Shown here: positions 49,399-58,945 of the stretch, piece after piece
Numbering within the stretch: position 1 is the stretch's first letter
How the letters are laid out: each line of letters opens with the position of its first letter
IMG/VR virus record: IMGVR_UViG_3300017963_000228
Coordinates: 1 to 64,000 of that record
DNA from: a virus
Length of the DNA: 64,000 nt
Direction: 5' to 3' (one strand)
The notes under the pieces: model-generated
The model's database searches: none
Told to the model about the DNA's origin: nothing
What the model saw: only the letters and a program-made list of their open reading frames with translations
Made by a program: the position numbers and the translations under genes

Positions 49399-50789
49399 AC
49401 CTTCACCACCTGATAAGATGTGCATTGACCATTAGACCAAGTAGCCGTAACTTGATACGTGGCCAATACAGACATTAACGTTTCATCCGTATATGTTCTT
49501 ATTCTTGCACTGGTTAATAGTTTAGCACCATTATAATCCTGATACGTTTGATTATCCAAACGATAGTTTTCCTGCATCAATCCAAGAAGTCTTGGAAAGG
49601 TTTGAAGCATATTATTGTAATCACCACCAATAGTACCGGGAGTTGTATGTGCATCAGTTGGAGTATCCCAAACCATTTTTGTGATTACTGATGGATTAAT
49701 AAGATAATCGGTATTCACAACAGCCGTTCCACCACTATTATCAATTACCTGACCCACTCCCCGAACTGTTATCTCCCCTGCTATCACCGTATTGTCCAGA
49801 ACTACCATTCCCGAATTCAGATCGATGCTTATCTGATTGTTTCCCGTTAAATTTTTTATTCCTATGGCCCCGTTGTAGTTTCTCATAATCAAGTCTTGAC
49901 CCGTACCACCCATATCGATGTAGGGGATGGTGTCCTGACTTGCTGATCCACTCCAACAATCTATGAATTGGGCCACGTTGGACCCTCCTAAAACTATATC
50001 TCCTGCGTCCAAAAGGCATTGTTCAACAATCCCGTAGATATATGATAAATTATTTAAAATACATCCTTTGACTTTACAATTACCATCCAAAACACCCTTT
50101 ACCGTAGCATCATAAAATTCAGAACCAATTACAGAAGCAGATGTATCAATATCAAATGTTGTTTTGGATTGTGATTCACCAACGAAAATAAAACCATCAA
50201 AATCGTTCAGCCCATCAATATCAGCATCTCCAATTACATAAAACGTAGTAAACCCACGTTCTAAAGCAATTGTAAGTGCATCTGGAAAATTATTAACCGG
50301 CTGTTGTGGTGTTCCTATAGGATAAACAGTTCCAGAATAAGAGGAAGTTCTATCAACAGTTACCCCACCACCAAAAGAAGCATACTCAATTTCAGTTAAT
50401 TGTTGAACAGTCGAATCAACAAGAGAAGATACTTGCTGCATAATACGAACTGTATATGTGCCTATAGGATCAAGGAAAGGATCAGAACCATCAGCAGCAT
50501 AAAGGTTGCCATTGATGGTCATGCGATGACTTGCATTATACGGTCTGATTTTCCAATCAGATGATAAAAAGAAAGTAGTTCCTAATGCTTTCTCTCCCGG
50601 CAATGGATTACCACCAACAGCCGAAATGGGAAAAACAAACTTTCTTAAATTTTCGTTATTAACCCAATCTTCTTTTCCATCACTATATAAATCCGTTTTA
50701 ACATCAATGAAAATTTCCCCATCAACATCGGGAGCAATGGTGATATTAATTATTTTATTTATTTCATCGAAGCTGACCTTTTCTCCCAT
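49395..50789 (-). CDS. virion accessory protein with a probable beta-helix
   Basis: DLYSDGKEDW..WKIRP..I.GNL N-domain; GTPQQPVNN followed by repetitive beta strands. Confidence 0.6.
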   Translation of the reverse strand: MGEKVSFDEINKIINITIAPDVDGEIFIDVKTDLYSDGKEDWVNNENLRKFVFPISAVGGNPLPGEKALGTTFFLSSDWKIRPYNASHRMTINGNLYAADGSDPFLDPIGTYTVRIMQQVSSLVDSTVQQLTEIEYASFGGGVTVDRTSSYSGTVYPIGTPQQPVNNFPDALTIALERGFTTFYVIGDADIDGLNDFDGFIFVGESQSKTTFDIDTSASVIGSEFYDATVKGVLDGNCKVKGCILNNLSYIYGIVEQCLLDAGDIVLGGSNVAQFIDCWSGSASQDTIPYIDMGGTGQDLIMRNYNGAIGIKNLTGNNQISIDLNSGMVVLDNTVIAGEITVRGVGQVIDNSGGTAVVNTDYLINPSVITKMVWDTPTDAHTTPGTIGGDYNNMLQTFPRLLGLMQENYRLDNQTYQDYNGAKLLTSARIRTYTDETLMSVLATYQVTATWSNGQCTSYQVVKV

Positions 50790-51067
50790 TCTTCGGCCTC
50801 CACAATTCCATCGGGAGTAATTACAGGAACAACTTTCTCAAGTTCATCATGCCATTGTTCCTCTAATGATTTATCTAAAGGGATTACTCTCCATGGATCA
50901 TCTGGATGTACATCCCATGTAACGTGATAATTAATCCATCCTTTAAAATGTTTTTGAATTTCAAATGATCTTTTAAAACCATTAGGTAAATCTAAATTAT
51001 GATCACGGTCCAGTTCAATTTCAGATTTAATAAGAGCAAGAAGTCTTTTTACGTTTAGATCGCTCAT
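50759..51067 (-). CDS. hypothetical protein
   Basis: AGGAG RBS. Confidence 0.6.
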   Translation of the reverse strand: MSDLNVKRLLALIKSEIELDRDHNLDLPNGFKRSFEIQKHFKGWINYHVTWDVHPDDPWRVIPLDKSLEEQWHDELEKVVPVITPDGIVEAEEWEKRSASMK

Positions 51068-51097
51068 TTCTCTCCTAAAACAAATATTAATAGAAAT

Positions 51098-51128
51098 ATG
51101 CCCAACCCATGAAAAAGCGGTTGGGCAT
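51098..51128 (-). terminator. intergenic hairpin, possible weak terminator
   Basis: 10-bp stem atgcccaacc/ggttgggcat; poor U-tract. Confidence 0.45.
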
Positions 51129-51149
51129 TAATTAAACATCAGTTTTTAA

Positions 51150-53039
51150 TTAAGTCGGATTTTCGTAGTTAAGTTCATCAACCGCATTAATCGGAATTGT
51201 TTGACCAGTAGCTTTGGTAATTGTATAAGATGCCAAAACATACTGAGCGCCATCATAAGCAACGGCTACCACATATACCGGAGCATCCGAATCGGGTGTC
51301 CGTCCAGCTTGATTGTTATTGGTATAATCAAAGTCAAAACCAATATTGGCTGATGTAATCTGACCATCGATATTTACACCAGCATTATTGTCTACAATTT
51401 CAGCAGCAGGAGATTCAAACGGATTTTCAAGTGCAGTACAAGCTTCAGCCGATGCATTCGCTGGTGCCACACCATCAGCTTTAGTTGCTGTAACTGTATT
51501 TGATGAAGGCGCACCAGTAATTTCCCACAAACCATTATTTCCAGTTTCCGTTACAAAACCACTAATTTTTACATAATCACCATTTTGCAAATGATCCAAT
51601 TTACCCGTATCACCGGACCAATCCAGTGTTGCATTATCTCCAGAAGCACTCGTAATAGCAAGTGAAACAGAAGTACTGGTGATATACTGAAAATACATTG
51701 TGTATCGTGTTTCACCATCCGGTTCATCCACAAAATTCTGTGAGAAAACCAAACTCCCAGCAGCAGTATACGGAAACACACGATTAGTTGTATCAAGTGG
51801 TGCATCTTCTGAATCAAGACCACCACCATCAACTGTAATATCCCAAAAGACCATATCATTTTTATCATTAAGATCAAAATTATCGATATAGACTCCCGGT
51901 TGCGTATGGAGAGTGGAACCAACAAAATACGTAAATGGCAATGCTACATTGCCATAAACAGTTCCATAACCATCACCATTCACATCATCATTAATATCTC
52001 CGGTTTGTCGAAGTTGGTATTGCGCCCAAGAATGTATTTCCTGCAATCTTGCTTTAAAACTATTGGTAGTATCCTGCACATCCAAAATACGATTAAATGC
52101 ATAATACGAAGTACCAATCTGACGTTCACCGGGAAAGGATTCAAATACAGCCGTTCCTGCACCACCCATTGCCCCAAGATCATTGGCATCTGTAGCATCA
52201 ATCGTTCCCTGAGTTGTACAACGATACCATCTACCAGCACCATCCTGAAGAACTTCACCTACATTAATGGTTCCAATATTATTTGCTGCTAAACCAAACA
52301 AACTACCCGTAATGTAATCAATAGTTAATTCAGAATATTTAACACCTGAAACTGAACCAGCATCCGTAGTACCAATTACAGTATCATCATCAATTACGTT
52401 AAGATCGATGGAGTTAGCAAGCGGAAGACGATAAGCCTGATAGGTAAGAGCAGCAAGACCCTGCTCCACCAACAGGTTATAAGAAGCAAATGCTTTTCCT
52501 GCTTCACGAAGAAAAACCTTCAAATAACCGGAATAATCGGGAGTACCACCAGTACCTATAATGGCGATATTTTCATTTAATTCTCCGGTCTTGTCAAAAA
52601 CAGTTGTGGTTTGATCAAAACCAGTAATCTGAGCATAATACGCCAAATCGTTAGCAGAATCATTCATGGAACCAAGGGAGATAATACAAGCATTTTCACG
52701 ACCATCAACTTCCTGAAAACCAGCATCACGAATAAGATCTCTTGTTTGATCATCTTTTGGACCCCATCCATTAATCCACACAAATGATGCTTCATAAATC
52801 ATTTGAATGGGAAAACGATGCTTATTTAATGCATTATCATCTTTCCAAATCTCTTTCAATTTGGAATAAAGACATTTCCCCGAAATACCGGAAGTCGCAC
52901 CGGGAGCAGCATCCGATAACGTACCTTGAGGAAGCAACTGTATTGTCTTTGCACCAGTTTGGATCTCCATTTCATCAGATCCACCGGCAGTAGTATCGAC
53001 AACATAACTAATGTCATCAGGATCTACAATTTTAGCCAT
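51150..53039 (-). CDS. large acidic virion structural protein
   Basis: 629 aa, D/T/G-rich, codon style like the capsid gene; LYSKLKEIW motif resembles the N-domain of 49395-50789. Confidence 0.65.
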   Translation of the reverse strand: MAKIVDPDDISYVVDTTAGGSDEMEIQTGAKTIQLLPQGTLSDAAPGATSGISGKCLYSKLKEIWKDDNALNKHRFPIQMIYEASFVWINGWGPKDDQTRDLIRDAGFQEVDGRENACIISLGSMNDSANDLAYYAQITGFDQTTTVFDKTGELNENIAIIGTGGTPDYSGYLKVFLREAGKAFASYNLLVEQGLAALTYQAYRLPLANSIDLNVIDDDTVIGTTDAGSVSGVKYSELTIDYITGSLFGLAANNIGTINVGEVLQDGAGRWYRCTTQGTIDATDANDLGAMGGAGTAVFESFPGERQIGTSYYAFNRILDVQDTTNSFKARLQEIHSWAQYQLRQTGDINDDVNGDGYGTVYGNVALPFTYFVGSTLHTQPGVYIDNFDLNDKNDMVFWDITVDGGGLDSEDAPLDTTNRVFPYTAAGSLVFSQNFVDEPDGETRYTMYFQYITSTSVSLAITSASGDNATLDWSGDTGKLDHLQNGDYVKISGFVTETGNNGLWEITGAPSSNTVTATKADGVAPANASAEACTALENPFESPAAEIVDNNAGVNIDGQITSANIGFDFDYTNNNQAGRTPDSDAPVYVVAVAYDGAQYVLASYTITKATGQTIPINAVDELNYENPT

Positions 53040-53056
53040 TTTCTTACTCCTTTAAA

Positions 53057-54676
53057 TTAAGTTGGATTGTAATAATTTTCATCTTCAAACATTGTTGCCT
53101 TAATAGATGAATTACTACTTGGTAATGTAATTCCATATTGATTAGAAATATCCGGTTTATATGATGGATGATGAATTAGAATATCAACCGATGCTCCCCC
53201 TGAATGTGAATACGTTACTTGATACTTACCATCACCATCTGAAGTTGTTGCATTTTCAACGTTGAACAAAACCGTTGTTGTTCCCGCCGTGACAATGGTT
53301 ACTTCAGTGTTTAATTCTAAACCTGTAATGGTAAATGAATAATTTGCAACGAGAGTAGTGCTTGCACCAGTACCATTGCGAACAGAAATATTTGCTACAC
53401 CACTCCCACCATCTATATTTATAGTGACAGCACCACCAGAATCGTTATAAATAACCTCATTACCTGTATTACCATCTGATGTTGCATAACCACTTACTAA
53501 AAGATTAGTTAATGTATAAGAATTTCCAGCACAAGCCGCTGTCAAACGAATTGCATGATTACTTCCATCAGATTCAAAATAACAATTTGTTACAACATCT
53601 GGATCATCAACTAAAAGGGATACAGCATCAGACATTTCAACAAAACTGCATCCATCAAAACTTCCTCCTCCCTGTGTGACCTGACCACATCTACGAAAAA
53701 TATTATCATTAATAGACGCATTTGAATCAAAAACAAAAGTTGCCATATCTGTAAACTGACAACTATTGAAAGTAAGAGTGGCATTAGCATTCATTATAAA
53801 AGCACCGGGAGATACCGTTCCAAGTGCTTTAAAAATAACATTATTCCAAGTCACAACTGAACTTGCATTATTTATTTCAATTAAATTAAAACCAGATGTA
53901 CAATTCTCTACAGCATCAATCAGAACAAAAGCATTGGAATCTACAAATTCACAAGCATTAGTAGTAGTACCAATCTGCATTCGACCTTTCCAGAGATAAC
54001 CACCACCATAAACTGAAAACAAACCCCATTTATTATATCCATTTGTTGCATCATTAGCGTCATTTTTTATAGCAGCATCAGAAAAATTTGCATAACCATC
54101 GGCTAAACTGCCATATTCAAAAATGATTGAACATCTTCCATATCGAATAGCATCAATTTTAAACGGTTGTCCTTTTGTCGGACCAGCAGCCGTTAAACTA
54201 ATTGCCATTCCAGCATATCTAAATGTTGTTCCCGGTCCACCACCAGCTTGATAATCATATGTTCTCGCTGTTGGATTAATTGCGTAATTATACCATCCAC
54301 CATAGGGATTTGGAATTCTATCATAACCACCAGCTTTCCATGCATTCCATGCAGAAGCAGATGATCCTATAACAATTCGCACACCACCATTAACCGTGGT
54401 TGCCAACAAACCACCAGCATCAAACTTATTCCAAATAAGAATAGCACCATCAGTTGGAATTGTGACACCACTACCGTAATCTGCATATATTGATTGAAGC
54501 TCACCAACTTTCAAAGAGCATTGTGCGCTTGTTAAATATGTTCCTTGAATGGGATCATCTATATCAGTACTATCTGGTGATCCACCATCGGCCATTCCTG
54601 TAAATTCACCGAAAGTGCCACTATTTTCACACAAATTAAAAGTACTGAGATCAGTCGTATAAGATGGAACCGTCAT
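53057..54676 (-). CDS. virion accessory protein: lectin-like N-domain, beta-helix, Ig-like C-domain
   Basis: GGWYNYAI..IDAIRYG; N/C-F ladders (NSCQF, DNIF, DGCSF, NCYF); ITGL..TEV. Confidence 0.6.
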   Translation of the reverse strand: MTVPSYTTDLSTFNLCENSGTFGEFTGMADGGSPDSTDIDDPIQGTYLTSAQCSLKVGELQSIYADYGSGVTIPTDGAILIWNKFDAGGLLATTVNGGVRIVIGSSASAWNAWKAGGYDRIPNPYGGWYNYAINPTARTYDYQAGGGPGTTFRYAGMAISLTAAGPTKGQPFKIDAIRYGRCSIIFEYGSLADGYANFSDAAIKNDANDATNGYNKWGLFSVYGGGYLWKGRMQIGTTTNACEFVDSNAFVLIDAVENCTSGFNLIEINNASSVVTWNNVIFKALGTVSPGAFIMNANATLTFNSCQFTDMATFVFDSNASINDNIFRRCGQVTQGGGSFDGCSFVEMSDAVSLLVDDPDVVTNCYFESDGSNHAIRLTAACAGNSYTLTNLLVSGYATSDGNTGNEVIYNDSGGAVTINIDGGSGVANISVRNGTGASTTLVANYSFTITGLELNTEVTIVTAGTTTVLFNVENATTSDGDGKYQVTYSHSGGASVDILIHHPSYKPDISNQYGITLPSSNSSIKATMFEDENYYNPT

Positions 54677-55128
54677 CTATACCACTCCTTTTTTAAATCA
54701 ATTACTTTTTTTATTTCAACCATAACATCTTGTTTATCCCATCCTTCAGGTAAAAACATTTCAGAATTATTTTTTGTTTTTAAAATTAATGGCCTACCCT
54801 TTTTTCTTAATTTTTCAATTACTTCTAATATTTCTTTTTCTTTCCAAGCATCCGGTCTTGCTGGATCAACAGATATAAGAATGGTAAAAACTCCCGGCAA
54901 TGCTTCAAATATAACTTTACATTTATCCGGTCTATATTTATCGGGCCAACTTTCTGCTCTCCAAAAACAATGATAGCCCTTACAAAAAGGTGGGCGACTA
55001 TCATGAATAGTACATCCACCTTCTTTTCTTCCCGGTTCACAATAAGGACACCATTCACCAGCTTCAGCAAGACCGGGAACTGCTATTAACTTACAACAAA
55101 GGGAACATTCACCACAATCTTTCATCAC
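54673..55128 (-). CDS. CxxCxxCC (YkgJ-like Zn/Fe-chelating) protein
   Basis: CGECSLCCK..CPYC..CTIHDSRPPFC..C. Confidence 0.75.
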   Translation of the reverse strand: MMKDCGECSLCCKLIAVPGLAEAGEWCPYCEPGRKEGGCTIHDSRPPFCKGYHCFWRAESWPDKYRPDKCKVIFEALPGVFTILISVDPARPDAWKEKEILEVIEKLRKKGRPLILKTKNNSEMFLPEGWDKQDVMVEIKKVIDLKKEWYR

Positions 55129-55445
55129 TAATTCCCAATTCGTTTTTGCATAAGAATATTTAACTGACGATCAAGTTCTTCTTTTTTGTTTTCATAATCC
55201 ATATAATTTTTATAGGCATGTTCTGGCAAATCTTTTGGATCACGTTTATTACATCGTGTCATGATATATGCCATTTGATCCTGATACCATCGAATATCAT
55301 TTTTTATTTGTATAATTTGAATTTCAATTTTATTGGATTCAACATCTGCTGCTTTTGCATATTTGGTATCAAACCACACATAACCACTAACAAGTGATCC
55401 CAATAATACCAAAGCTCCAAGAACACCAGATATCTTCTTCCACAT
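55128..55445 (-). CDS. membrane-anchored coiled-coil protein
   Basis: N-terminal TM ISGVLGALVLLGSLVSGYVWF; AAGGAG RBS. Confidence 0.7.
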   Translation of the reverse strand: MWKKISGVLGALVLLGSLVSGYVWFDTKYAKAADVESNKIEIQIIQIKNDIRWYQDQMAYIMTRCNKRDPKDLPEHAYKNYMDYENKKEELDRQLNILMQKRIGN

Positions 55446-55461
55446 TTTATTTACTCCTTAT

Positions 55462-55500
55462 AAAAAGGGGAGTCTCCCCATCTCCACAGAGGAGACTCCC
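55462..55500 (-). terminator. rho-independent terminator after the tail tube gene
   Basis: 10-bp stem gggagtctcc/ggagactccc followed by CTTTTT on the - strand. Confidence 0.7.
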
Positions 55501-55535
55501 ATCTGATGGGGGTGTAACGGTACTACATTGGTGGA

Positions 55536-56051
55536 TTAACTGGACGAGGAAAATCCACCAATTCGGAACAACTGATCCCCATGATCCCGCGCATCGTCAA
55601 TAAGACCAACAAAACGACATGCGAAAACCCGCTGGTTATCAGTAGTATAGGAGATTTCAACAGCACCACCAACGTTGGGTGCCGCATTGTAAACCTGAAT
55701 AATGTCAGATCCATCAATCGGTTCCAGAACCAGTTCTCCAGTATTAACTGGCTCACCAACAGGCTTACCAAAGGTAAGGTAGGTGGTTTCATCAGTAGCC
55801 GAAGCAAAAAGAATCTTCAAATTGGCAAAGGTTGCTTCAGTCATGTTTACCGTAATTTCCAAAACCAGACCAGCATCCAAAACACGCAAAGGCGTATCAC
55901 CATACTGATCCGATTTCAGTTCATACGTGTTCTGAGTTACGGACATGGTAACACCACCAAAGGTGTGACCAACGTGAGTACCAGCAAAGTACACGTAGGC
56001 GGGACCAATGGAAATGTTATCGGAATTCCAATTAGTAGAGTAGACGGTCAT
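55536..56051 (-). CDS. major tail (tube) protein
   Basis: I.IGP..V......GHT.GGV....SDQ.G..P; E.T..NL. Strong codon bias; follows the terminator gene. Confidence 0.8.
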   Translation of the reverse strand: MTVYSTNWNSDNISIGPAYVYFAGTHVGHTFGGVTMSVTQNTYELKSDQYGDTPLRVLDAGLVLEITVNMTEATFANLKILFASATDETTYLTFGKPVGEPVNTGELVLEPIDGSDIIQVYNAAPNVGGAVEISYTTDNQRVFACRFVGLIDDARDHGDQLFRIGGFSSSS

Positions 56052-56080
56052 TTAAAATGTCCTCCTTAAAAATAAATCAA

Positions 56081-56374
56081 TTAAATTGTTGTCATTGTGT
56101 TACAAAATTTGCATTTTATGTGAACTTTATCCTGTTGATGATAATTCCGATCAGCATAACCAAGAATGAATCCACACTTCTCCCCTGCTTTTTTCCAAAG
56201 AGGTCGTCCACATTTTGGACAATAACCTTCTTTGACTACTTTTTTAGATTCATCGGTTTCACCATCTTCTTTGCAAAATTCACATGTCCTTATGGAACCC
56301 TCACAAACAATTCTTTGCATGGAATAACTATATCCAGCAGTTCCATATCGATTGTTCTTACCATTTTCAACCAT
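56081..56374 (-). CDS. double zinc-ribbon protein (Mu Com-like with a nested finger)
   Basis: IVC..[CEFC..CPKC]..CGFILG..IKCKFC. Confidence 0.55.
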   Translation of the reverse strand: MVENGKNNRYGTAGYSYSMQRIVCEGSIRTCEFCKEDGETDESKKVVKEGYCPKCGRPLWKKAGEKCGFILGYADRNYHQQDKVHIKCKFCNTMTTI

Positions 56375-56820
56375 TATGTACCCCTTCTAACTGTAACAGA
56401 GAAAGTAAATGAAACATTTTTTGACATAATGGGCTTTGTCGGAGAACCTTCATTCATACCATCAGCATAACCGACCAACTCTATCCACTTTACAGCCCAA
56501 TTGGTAGAAATTAAAGATTGTTGATCAAATAACTCAATTAATCTTTCAGAAACTTGTCTGAGCTTCAATTGAGAAATTGACAACACTCTAAAGAAATACA
56601 GCATATCGGGCATTTGCGAAGGATACGACCAATTAAAAGGTCTTCCTCCCAAACTATTCCGATAAACGATACAAACTTCTTTTTGTCCAACAACATATTC
56701 AATATCAGTCGCAGGATACCATGCGTAAACTCTGGTATCACCAGCAGCAATGCCCATTAAAGATATCATTGTTGAATCAGTTTCAATTTGATTAACGACT
56801 AATGTATCTAATTCAAGCAT
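56374..56820 (-). CDS. tail terminator protein
   Basis: Size and position before the tube; TRVY..P motif. Confidence 0.65.
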   Translation of the reverse strand: MLELDTLVVNQIETDSTMISLMGIAAGDTRVYAWYPATDIEYVVGQKEVCIVYRNSLGGRPFNWSYPSQMPDMLYFFRVLSISQLKLRQVSERLIELFDQQSLISTNWAVKWIELVGYADGMNEGSPTKPIMSKNVSFTFSVTVRRGT

Positions 56821-56829
56821 TGTATTTTC

Positions 56830-57528
56830 CTATTTAAAATAAACTTTAAAAACAATTGCACGACGAACACTTATTCTTCTGGTGGCTTTATTTAATGCTT
56901 TACGTGCTTCAGATCTTAATTTTTCACGATAACTTTTGCGAAGATCCAGCATTAACTCTTTAAACCATGTTAAATTTTTTGAACCACCACGAATCTTATT
57001 TAATTTGTTCCAATAATGATGTACAGGTTGCGAAGTTGTATCAGGACCGATTAAAATTTTACCACCGTAATATGCCGTAGATTTAAATTCTCTACCTGTA
57101 GTAAAACCGGGATTTAATAAACCAACGCTTAGATACCCTTTTGCATTAATTTCATACTGGATTCCTTCTACTAAAGACCCCGTAGGTGGTAAAAGTGGAT
57201 TACCAGTATTAAAACTAACGGGGGGTCCAAGATTAGATCCAGCAGTATAATCTTCTGCTATTTTTGTTTGTCGTTGACCATAAGGAGCATCAGGATTCCA
57301 TTCATAAATTTTATATGTTCTTCCCGTTCCCTGCCATGCCAACATATATGTTTTAATTTGTTCTGTAAGCCACTTACCAACGTTATCAAGAATATAAGGA
57401 TACTGTTCCTCTAAACTTTTTAAAATAGGAAAAAGAACATCTTCAGTAACCTTTTGAGCTAACTTATTACCAAAGGTCACTTTAATTAATCTTGCTCTTT
57501 CTTCCTCTATATCCTGACCTATTGACAT
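56830..57528 (-). CDS. neck / tail completion protein (HK97 gp10-like)
   Basis: TGRTY..PP...TGSL...I motif; position. Confidence 0.6.
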   Translation of the reverse strand: MSIGQDIEEERARLIKVTFGNKLAQKVTEDVLFPILKSLEEQYPYILDNVGKWLTEQIKTYMLAWQGTGRTYKIYEWNPDAPYGQRQTKIAEDYTAGSNLGPPVSFNTGNPLLPPTGSLVEGIQYEINAKGYLSVGLLNPGFTTGREFKSTAYYGGKILIGPDTTSQPVHHYWNKLNKIRGGSKNLTWFKELMLDLRKSYREKLRSEARKALNKATRRISVRRAIVFKVYFK

Positions 57529-57873
57529 TTAAGATTCCTGTAAGCCAAACATAACTTCCAAATGGTGAATCTGACTTCCCGCAGCAAAAATCGGATTAAC
57601 TGGACGTGCATACAAATAAACATTTTGCCAGTATATCCTATCTCCTGCTTGAATATCTGTATCAGATGCAAAGTAGCCGACATAATCATTTCCAGTAATT
57701 TGACCATTAGGCGTTTGTGAAATATAAGAAGAAGTCACAAACATATAATCAATTCGACAATTAACGTTATCAGCAATTAAAGTCCAAGTAGATTCCGTAA
57801 AACGTTGCTCACTAACTGTTGTCGTTTTACGATAAATGCTGCATGTTTGTGTTAATAGCGATTGATAAGTCAT
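57529..57873 (-). CDS. head closure protein (SPP1 gp16-like)
   Basis: LL.QTC.I.R..DIQAGDRI..HHLEV. Confidence 0.75.
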   Translation of the reverse strand: MTYQSLLTQTCSIYRKTTTVSEQRFTESTWTLIADNVNCRIDYMFVTSSYISQTPNGQITGNDYVGYFASDTDIQAGDRIYWQNVYLYARPVNPIFAAGSQIHHLEVMFGLQES

Positions 57874-58520
57874 CCGATTGCTTCCTTACGATAACGTTTT
57901 AATTCATTATAAACTTTAGGAGAGTATCCACTTAATGAATTGAGAAAATAAGGAGACAAAACCTTATAACTGTAATTACCAATTTTTTCAGATTCAAAGG
58001 TTTCGTTGTTGGGAGAGTTAATATAATCTTTCATTGCAGATATACACAGAAAACGCAAATGACTCATTTCAGCAGAATCTTCTGGATATCCACCTTTCCA
58101 TACTACCTGAATATTCTGAAGGTAATTATAATCAAATCCACCTTCATAAACTAAACGACCAGTACGCTTATTAAGAATGTAACCATCATCAGCCACATAA
58201 CCTGTAGCAGCAGTTATTTCAACACTGGAAATATAAAAACTGGTTATTGAAGCAACTGGATATGTTGGAAACCAGAATATATTTTTAGGTGGTGCATCGA
58301 AGATAGCATATTCAGGAACATAATAAATGTCATTCTGTGCAGATTCATCACCTTCAACATAAGTGTATGTTCTCTCTTTTAGCTTTCGATTACAAAACAA
58401 TTCAAAAGCAAGAGACATGGCATTTATAATGTTATCCAAACGATCAGGATCAATATCCTGACCCTGCCACATTTGATCAAAGAATGTTTTATCAATTAAT
58501 GCGTTTTCATTTAAAGCCAT
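57870..58520 (-). CDS. head-tail adaptor (gp15/gp6-like)
   Basis: I.A.S..E.FCNR; NIQV...GGY; SEKIGNYSY; L..YR. Confidence 0.8.
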   Translation of the reverse strand: MALNENALIDKTFFDQMWQGQDIDPDRLDNIINAMSLAFELFCNRKLKERTYTYVEGDESAQNDIYYVPEYAIFDAPPKNIFWFPTYPVASITSFYISSVEITAATGYVADDGYILNKRTGRLVYEGGFDYNYLQNIQVVWKGGYPEDSAEMSHLRFLCISAMKDYINSPNNETFESEKIGNYSYKVLSPYFLNSLSGYSPKVYNELKRYRKEAIG

Positions 58521-58535
58521 GTCAATAACCCTTTT

Positions 58536-58838
58536 CTAAATTTGAGGGAACAATGTATCATTAGGACCGGGAAATGGACTTGTTATATTTTTAGGTATTG
58601 AAGAAAAAGTCTTTTTCTCTGGAGGAATCCACATTGTTTTATCCTCTGGAGGTCGATCACGATCTTTCTTACGTTTATCTTCAAACCGTTTCTTTTCATC
58701 TTCAGGTTTTTTTTCATCAACTGCAATTGCCCTTCCTGCTTTAATATATTTTCGTGCATGTGAATCGTTTATTATTGCTATTGTTGAACCAACCAAACGA
58801 ATTAAATCACGATCAAGAAGTTTAACTTTGATAGGCAT
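58536..58838 (-). CDS. small basic head-region protein
   Basis: ATG 58838 lies downstream of the terminator; AR.YI.AG.A..PP.DK motif. Confidence 0.55.
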   Translation of the reverse strand: MPIKVKLLDRDLIRLVGSTIAIINDSHARKYIKAGRAIAVDEKKPEDEKKRFEDKRKKDRDRPPEDKTMWIPPEKKTFSSIPKNITSPFPGPNDTLFPQI

Positions 58839-58871
58839 TCGTCCATACCCCCATTTTATCTCTTTTATAGT

Positions 58872-58906
58872 AAAAAAGGGGTACAAACCGGAATCTGTAC
58901 CCCTTT
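58872..58906 (-). terminator. rho-independent terminator after the capsid genes
   Basis: aaaggggtaca/tgtaccccttt stem with a T6 tract on the - strand. Confidence 0.8.
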
Positions 58907-58945
58907 AAAAATCCGGCCAAATTAGCCAGCAGAAAATACTAATTT

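Noticed and set aside
51150-53039. Contractile tail sheath
   Set aside because: No sheath motifs or baseplate wedge genes were recognised, and the tip module is siphovirus/GTA-type.
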